From the NCBI GenBank assembly GCA_964016885.1, contig OZ024742.1, positions 20,150,001-20,214,000 on the forward strand: DNA of 64,000 nt, written 5' to 3'. Within the stretch, counting starts at the first letter, position 1; the number at the start of each line of letters is the position of its first letter. The translations under genes were made by a program, and so were the position numbers. Below are positions 56,470 through 64,000 of this stretch, one piece after another. Source of the DNA: Eledone cirrhosa. Its lineage: Eukaryota. Below the pieces are notes generated by a model. The model ran no database searches. It was given only the letters and a program-made list of their open reading frames with translations, and was not told the origin of the DNA.

Positions 56470-56965
56470 ATACGATATTAAATAAATGGAAACTATATTT
56501 ATAAAACCATATTTATTTATAAACAGTTTTATAAATAATTTTGACGTAATTCCATTTTTTCAGTTATAATGTAAAGCGCTCAACAATAGTGGGGCAGAAT
56601 ATATGCAAAAGTTCTATTTAAAATTGTTGGGATACAACAAGTAAATATTTTATAACTGATATAAAGCACTCGACAAGTTTTTGGAGTAGATATACGATAT
56701 TAAATAAATGGAAACTATATTTATAAAACCATATTTATTTATATATATTCTGCTCCAGTATTGTTGAGCGCTTTACATTATAACTGAAAAAATGGAATTA
56801 CGTCAAAATTATTTATAAAACTGTTTATAAATAAATATGGTTTTATAAATATAGTTTCCATTTATTTAATATCGTATATCTACTCCAAAAACTTGTCGAG
56901 TGCTTTATATCAGTTATAAAATATTTACTTGTTGTATCCCAACAATTTTAAATAGAACTTTTGCA
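56470..56965. repeat. ~222-bp unit in partial tandem plus an inverted copy; no HHR found
   Basis: acgatattaaataaatggaaac at ~56472 and ~56694; 56745-56965 is an inverted, permuted copy. Confidence 0.8.
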
Positions 56966-56968
56966 TAC

Positions 56969-57011
<43 letters not shown>

Positions 57012-57021
57012 TATATATATA

Positions 57022-57130
<109 letters not shown>

Positions 57131-57253
57131 TAGGAAGGGCATCCAGCCGTAGAAAACCCGCCAGACAGTCCTATACGAGCAAGACAACCAATCTGGCCTC
57201 AGGTGGGAAATTCCCGTCCAAACCCATGCAAGCGTGGAAGATGGACGTTAAAC

Positions 57254-57289
<36 letters not shown>

Positions 57290-57290
57290 A
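57131..57290 (+). mobile_element. SINE 3' portion with (GAT)n tail (short relative at 5591-5625)
   Basis: aggaagggcatccagccgtagaaa...ggacgttaaacgatgatg. Confidence 0.6.
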
Positions 57291-57315
57291 TATATATATA
57301 TATATATATATATAT

Positions 57316-59700
57316 CCAACAGCCTGCCAAACTACATCCTGGCAATGCAACCCCACATCACTAACACAAGAGAGGTAACACCACAGGAGCATGAGGATAG
57401 AGAAAAAGCCCTCAATGCCCATATGGTGATGTGGACGAATATAATGCAGCCCAACAAAAGGACTGTCAACAACTTCCAGGCCTGGAACAATGACGTGCCG
57501 GCGTTGTATGGGCTTCGAAAAGACCATAAAACGGGCAGTGACCCTGTCACGGGGCCACCAACACGGCCAGTCTGTGGAGCTAACATTGCTAGTAACTACA
57601 GACTGTCCTACTTCCTCTCCCTGATCATACGCCCCATTATTGAAATGTCCCCAGATGTATGTGACAGCACGGAGGACCTCCTCAGCAGAATCGGCGAGGG
57701 TAACCGATCTAGGGACCTAACAAACTGCATAATAGGTAGTATGGATGTTGTGTCCCTGTATCCATCTATTGACGTGGATTTTGCTGTGGAGAAATGCGTA
57801 GAAATGATCAGTGAGAGCAATGTTGAGTTCCGTGGGATTGATACCAGTGAGCTGGGACTCCTACTTAAACTTACCTATAGTAATAATTACCTAGACACAT
57901 ATGACCTTAGCAACCTGTGCCCTACAAGAGCAGCAAGAGGCAGACTACCTACCATTACCTCAATAGCCAAGAAAACCCACACAGATAGATGGAACGGGTG
58001 GACCAGAGCCAAACGGACACCCGAAAACCACGATGAACTGAAGAAAATGATTGCACATGCGGTAGGGGCCAGCATAAAACTAACCCTTAAGGAACATATG
58101 TTCAAATTTAATGGAAAAACATATGCCCAAGAGGAAGGAGCAGCCATTGGTGTTAGCATTGCAGGCGACATAGCTAACTTATTCATGGTATGGTGGGACA
58201 GTAGACTTAAACTTAAACTTAAAGAACAATTAGAAGACCCCTTAACCCTGATAATGTACTCCCGCTACGTTGATGATATAAACATCGTAGTTAAAACACC
58301 CCCACTAGAGAACAGTCAGGAACTAGAGAAAAACACAATGGAAAGCATCCAGCAAATAGCTAACTCCATCCACCAGAGTATTAGAGTTACTATAGACTAC
58401 CCAAGTAAACACCCCAACCATCGATTACCTGTACTAGACACAGAGCTCTGGTTAGATACCATTAATAACAAAAAATAAATCCTTCATTCCCATTATGCCA
58501 AACCCATGACTTCCAAATATCTGATCCACCGAAACTCAGCTGTTTTGGACCATACCAAAATCAACATACTGATTGCGGATTTGGTACGAGTGATGAGAAA
58601 CGTGTCCCGCATGTGCAACCCCGAAGAACTAGAGAGACACATACAACACGTCATCCACCGTATGCAGTTCTCTGGTTACAATCAGAGAGATAAAATCAGA
58701 GTGTATAGAGGAGCCAGAACCAAATGGGAAAAATGGTAAATAATGACACAAATGGGACCTGTCCCTTGTATAGGAGCAAATTTTGGAATAGAATAGAAAG
58801 AACTAGGAATAAGGCTAATAGAATAAACTCATGGTATGATAGCAATAAATACCAGAGTGTAATGTTCATCGATACAACCCCTAGAGGTGAATTAGCTTAC
58901 AGATTTAGAAGAGCCTTAGATAAACATAAACTCAATATTAACATAGTAGAAAGACCAGGTACCTCCGTAAAAACACTTATTAGCAAGACATACCCTTTTC
59001 AAAGACCCCCTGTATAGATAAGGAATGTATAACCTGTAAAATAAGCCCCCATATTAACTGTAAAACTAGAAATGTAGTATATACCATAAGATGTACTGAA
59101 GGACAATGTAGAGACAAAAATATAGTGTACATAGGTGAGACAGCTCGTAGTGTAGGGGAACGGATAAATGAACACTGGCGAGACCTTCAAGATAGTAAAG
59201 AATCATCTGTACTCTACGAACATGCTAAAATATAACATAAGGGTAAATTAGAGAACATAGAAATAAAAAAAGAATCTACACACAGAAAAGACGCAATGTT
59301 TAGACAAATCACAGAGGCAATAAACATAAAAGAATTACAACCAAAATTAAATAGAAAATATGAGTGGAACAGCAACATCACAACTTACAATTAAGGACAA
59401 AATGAAAACACACACGCACATAGAATAAACAACCAACCGGTAACATGTAAATAAATAAATAAATAAACGAATATAAACACACACAGACACCCGGATGTGG
59501 TGCATGCGCAAACTGAGCACACAACACACACACAGAAACAAAATGGCGTAGGACAGAACAAAGGAGAGGCACAAAAACAAAGAAAAGAATCCCCAGTCAC
59601 TGAAGAGCTCACAGAATGTGTGACGAAAGAACTTTGACAATATATAAACAACTATCTGGTTGTGGAACCAACCAACCAACCAGAAATTTATAAATTCCTA
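57316..59700 (+). mobile_element. Penelope-like element (Nematis-like) RT, degraded GIY-YIG and 3' UTR
   Basis: LYGLRKDHK, TRPVCG, SMDVVSLYPSI, GAAIG, YSRYVDD, LPVLD, HYAKPM; YIGET near 59148; RQITEA..LNRK. Confidence 0.88.
59596..59638 (+). ncRNA. Minimal type I hammerhead in the PLE 3' UTR
   Basis: GTCA-CTGAAGA-..TCACA gaatg TGTGA.-GAAA-GAAC-TT-TGAC. Confidence 0.72.
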
Positions 59701-60562
59701 AATTTATTATTTATTCTCTATTTATTATTTATTTTCAAATTATACAAATTATATTATTTATTTTCTGTTTTCTTCATTTATTGCCTTATATTTCTTCATA
59801 TACATGGAAGAACCCCCCCCCCCCCCCACCACCACCACCACTATGAGAGATGGTGGCAGGAGGGATGAAGAAAAAACACACACAGATACTTCTAAATTGT
59901 TAACAGAAGTAAGACATAAGCTGACCACAACACCAACAACACTACCAAAATAATGGTAGAGGTCAAATGTACTTAACAATAGCAAACACAAACACTACAG
60001 GGAGCCTCACCCCAGAAAGAATTCTATAGACTTCTGACTGAGGAATGCTCTCAGAACTGACCAATGGGAAGTTTGACACTTTTTTGTTATTTTGTTCCTT
60101 TAACACCTTGTCCCTTCTACCACTTTATCAATTTTTTAAGCTAACTCCAACAATAACAACACTTAGAATGAGGAATGTTCTAACAACTGACCAATGAGAG
60201 TAGAAGAGGCCCTTTGACACTGAAATTCGTTTATTTGAATTCATATGATTCCAGTTCCTCAGTGAAATAACAACCCAACCAGGAACTGGGCATATCAGAG
60301 TATTGACAATATTATACACCTCAACAACATATGTACTTGTCTATACCACACTAATACGGACTGCCTGAAGAGGTCACAGCCAAAGATGGCTGTCACTGAA
60401 ATATATATAGCAGTAATAAACGAAGCTAAATTTTAAACATTTGACTTTTATTTTACTTTATTTTACATTACTCCGGAGTAACCAAACCAACCTGCGCACT
60501 TCGTCGAGTGCTCCAGCCTGCATACTGAGGTGTTGGTATACAACCAACATATACTCAAAATC
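59700..60562 (+). mobile_element. Third copy of the Hydra-like PLE 3' UTR, with HHR at 60360-60414
   Basis: Matches 31370-32175 and the reverse complement of 25468-26370. Confidence 0.88.
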
Positions 60563-60614
60563 TATATATATTTATATATATATATATATATATATATTTA
60601 AATATATATATATA

Positions 60615-60676
<62 letters not shown>

Positions 60677-60686
60677 TATATATATA

Positions 60687-60732
<46 letters not shown>

Positions 60733-60756
60733 TATATATATAATTATATATATATA

Positions 60757-60800
<44 letters not shown>

Positions 60801-60810
60801 TATATATATA

Positions 60811-60872
<62 letters not shown>

Positions 60873-60934
60873 TATATAAATATATATATATATAATTATA
60901 TATATATAATTATATATATATAATTATATATATA

Positions 60935-61030
<96 letters not shown>

Positions 61031-61040
61031 TATATATATA

Positions 61041-61146
<106 letters not shown>

Positions 61147-61168
61147 ATATATATATATAATATATATA

Positions 61169-61241
<73 letters not shown>

Positions 61242-61261
61242 ATATATATATAATATATATA

Positions 61262-61304
<43 letters not shown>

Positions 61305-61313
61305 ATATAATAT

Positions 61314-62130
61314 CCTTAACGGGATCTTCTGAAACTAACAAAGTCAATCTGTAAACGCAGAACTGGATATTTCAAAAAACGTTGCAACCGGAGGAAGACA
61401 GGAAGACGATACTTTGGTTCGTGGAAACGTTCGCTGGCAAAGAACGGGAAAAAACGAATAATACGTCATTAATAGGAGCGGTGAAAAACAATTACGTGCA
61501 AAGACAGAACCACGTTTATGGTATAAAGGAGGTTTCGTATACCTATGGTAAGGTTTTGCGGATGCTTGTGTATGTACGTATCTGTTTGCGTGTATGTATT
61601 TATTTGTTTCTATTACTTCTGTATTGTATTTATCTACTTTGTTCTTAACTCTGTAGCGGAGATTCATTTGGTCTCCTAGTTAGTATTTTAGTCTACGACT
61701 TCTGCTATACCATTTACGTGGTTTTGTCTTTGCGTGTTATTGTTCTCCACGCTCCACATATGACTTATTATCTTCGTTTTTTCGTTCATTGCCAGAGAAC
61801 GTCTCTATGCACCACCTAAGAGAACATTAGTCTACGACCTCCTTTATACCATAAACGTGGTTCTGTCTTTGCACGTAATTGTTTTTCACCGCTCCTATTA
61901 ATGACGTATTATTCGTTTTTTCCCGTTCTTTGCCAGCGAACGTTACCACGAACCAAAGTATCGTCTTCCTGTCTTCCTCCGGTTGCAACGTTTTTTGAAA
62001 TATCCAGTTCTGCGTTTACAGATTGACTTTGTTAGTTTCAGAAGATCCCGTTAAGGGTGAAAGCAGCGATTCTTTGCTTAAACTTTATTCTGTTATTTTA
62101 ATAAATATTTGCTCAACGGTTTTTATATAT
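61314..62130. mobile_element. ORF-less element with 220-bp inverted arms (61314-61533 / 61837-62056)
   Basis: Direct complementarity; the right arm continues through an HHR-like motif. Confidence 0.85.
62034..62084 (+). ncRNA. Type I hammerhead-like motif with CAGAAGA (U4A) core
   Basis: AGTTT-CAGAAGA-TCCC gttaa GGGT-GAAA-GCA..TGC-TT-AAACT. Confidence 0.65.
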
Positions 62131-62222
62131 TTGATATATATTTTCCTTATCGAGCCCTCTTTGGATTTTAGTCTTCAATTTTATTATTATTACTATATTT
62201 ATATATATATATATTTATATAA

Positions 62223-62363
<141 letters not shown>

Positions 62364-62375
62364 ATATATATATAC

Positions 62376-62419
<44 letters not shown>

Positions 62420-62619
62420 TGTTATATTTAGGGAGGGTCATATTTGTGTAATATTCAAAGAATTCATAACAGAACACACTCACTGTTTGGTTGGTTTTCG
62501 CTTTTCGCTTCTGTGTCTTTTATATCGGTAATCTAATTTATTCGGTCCTCAATGTCGCCATTGACTGACCAACGGAAAGATGGCGTAGAAAATACAAAGC
62601 AACGGGAGGAAACAATAGC

Positions 62620-62661
62620 ACCACTGACGATGTTGCAGATGTGCAATGAAAGAACTTTGAT
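62620..62661 (+). ncRNA. Minimal type I hammerhead within the inverted PLE 3'-end structure 62420-62925
   Basis: ACCA-CTGACGA-T-GTTGCA gatg TGCAAT-GAAA-GAAC-TT-TGAT. Confidence 0.65.
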
Positions 62662-62926
62662 AAACTATATATATGTGTTTGTGTCTATATTGTATCTGTA
62701 TTATTTTTGAGCGTTGGTCAGTCAATGGCAAATTGAGGACCGAATAAATTAGATTACCGATATAAAAGACATAGAAGCGAAAAACGAAAACCAACCAAAC
62801 AGTGAGTGTGTTCTGTTATTAATTCTGGCAATATTACACAAATATGACCCTCCCCAAGTATAACAATATTTGTTTCGACACACGATTTCATATGAAAAAC
62901 CTCGCAAAACTAATTCATCGCCGTTA

Positions 62927-62973
<47 letters not shown>

Positions 62974-63528
62974 TATATATAGAGTTATAAACTCAAACAG
63001 TCTTTTACAATTAAATAGCTCAAAGAAAGAAGAGGTATTTCTGAGCCGTGTAATACAAATGAATATATGATAAACACTAATACAAGTATATAAGTGTTTG
63101 TATTGCAAATGACCAAGTTAGCTAGATTGAAAAATACTAATTAAATTAATACAGTTTGCCTGTCTCGATTTAAAATAATAAATCAATAAAAACAAACCCA
63201 TATTGGCAATAGCCGTGATATACTTGTATTAGTGTTTATCATATATATATATATATATATATAAACATAAATTATTGAGATTCGCATTTCGGCCCACGAA
63301 ATAACGAAAAGCAACCTCCGAGATGTGCGGCAAGTGCTCAATGAACCAGAGATGAACCAGAGCTATAACAAACGTTAAAGGCCAAACACACTGAGACGAT
63401 GGTTAAACAATCATTCGCATAGCCAAAAAAAAAAACGATCAAGTAATTCGGGTATTGAAAATTTACCCGGACCCCTGGAAGGTTGGTAAAATCCAGTATA
63501 TGGGTTTCTGCGGCTCCTAAATCAAGTT

Positions 63529-63552
<24 letters not shown>

Positions 63553-63559
<7 letters not shown>

Positions 63560-63780
63560 TTCTATATTATTTTTGAGACATTTGAGGTAATCCTGGCCTA
63601 CAAAATGATTTTTCTTAAATTTTATGTTTTGTATGATAGAAATAATCCCATTTTCAAATTCCATTAATAATTTGTTGGAAGATGGATTCTTTTTGGATTT
63701 GAAGATTCTATCAAGATATTTTCTTTTCTATCAGATTTTTTATCAAAATCACGCCATCTAAGTCTTCTTATAAACGAGTC
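63553..63780 (-). pseudogene. Hydra-like PLE N-terminal fragment
   Basis: DSFIRRLRWR...EFENGIISIIQNIKF, homologous to the 29500-29760 region. Confidence 0.65.
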
Positions 63781-64000
63781 TTTCTCTTTCTCTTTCTTCT
63801 CTCTCCCTCTCACTACTCTTTCTCCCTCTTTTTTTCAATATTTTTTCAATATTCTTTTCTCTCTCCCTCTCAATACTTTTTCTTTCTCTCTCCATCTTAA
63901 TATTTGTTCTTTCCTTCAATCTCTCTCAATATTATATCTTTTCCCTTTTTTCTTCTATCTCTCTCTTTCTCTTTCTATTCTCTTCTCTCTGCCATCTCAC

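Noticed and set aside
63255-63530. Possible host exon
   Set aside because: No recognisable domain, contains stops, and is bounded by (TA)n like the other repeat fragments

Overview
Eukaryotic, AT-rich, gene-free 64-kb window made almost entirely of (TA)n and other microsatellites plus transposable elements. The SINEs and microsatellite load suggest a cephalopod/Octopus-like genome (inference). No host gene is supported. Content: (1) a head-to-tail array of five L1/Tx1-like pieces separated by (TCTA)n (11.6-19.4 kb); (2) several Penelope-like retroelements (PLEs; RT plus C-terminal GIY-YIG) of about three lineages, in inverted or partial-tandem arrangements; (3) CR1-like and RTE-like LINE remnants, tRNA-SINEs, MITEs and a non-autonomous Helitron. 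The main hidden signal is roughly 25 type I hammerhead ribozyme (HHR) motifs from more than 10 unrelated sequence families, read by eye on both strands. Most have a palindromic stem III, consistent with dimer-dependent cleavage. About five families carry the compensatory U3-A8 core (UUGAnAA). Some HHRs sit in PLE 3' UTRs. Many lie in ORF-less 0.3-0.6 kb partial-tandem or fold-back units embedded in (TA)n, resembling non-autonomous retrozyme-like elements. All alignments and folds were done by eye, so coordinates may be off by a few bases.
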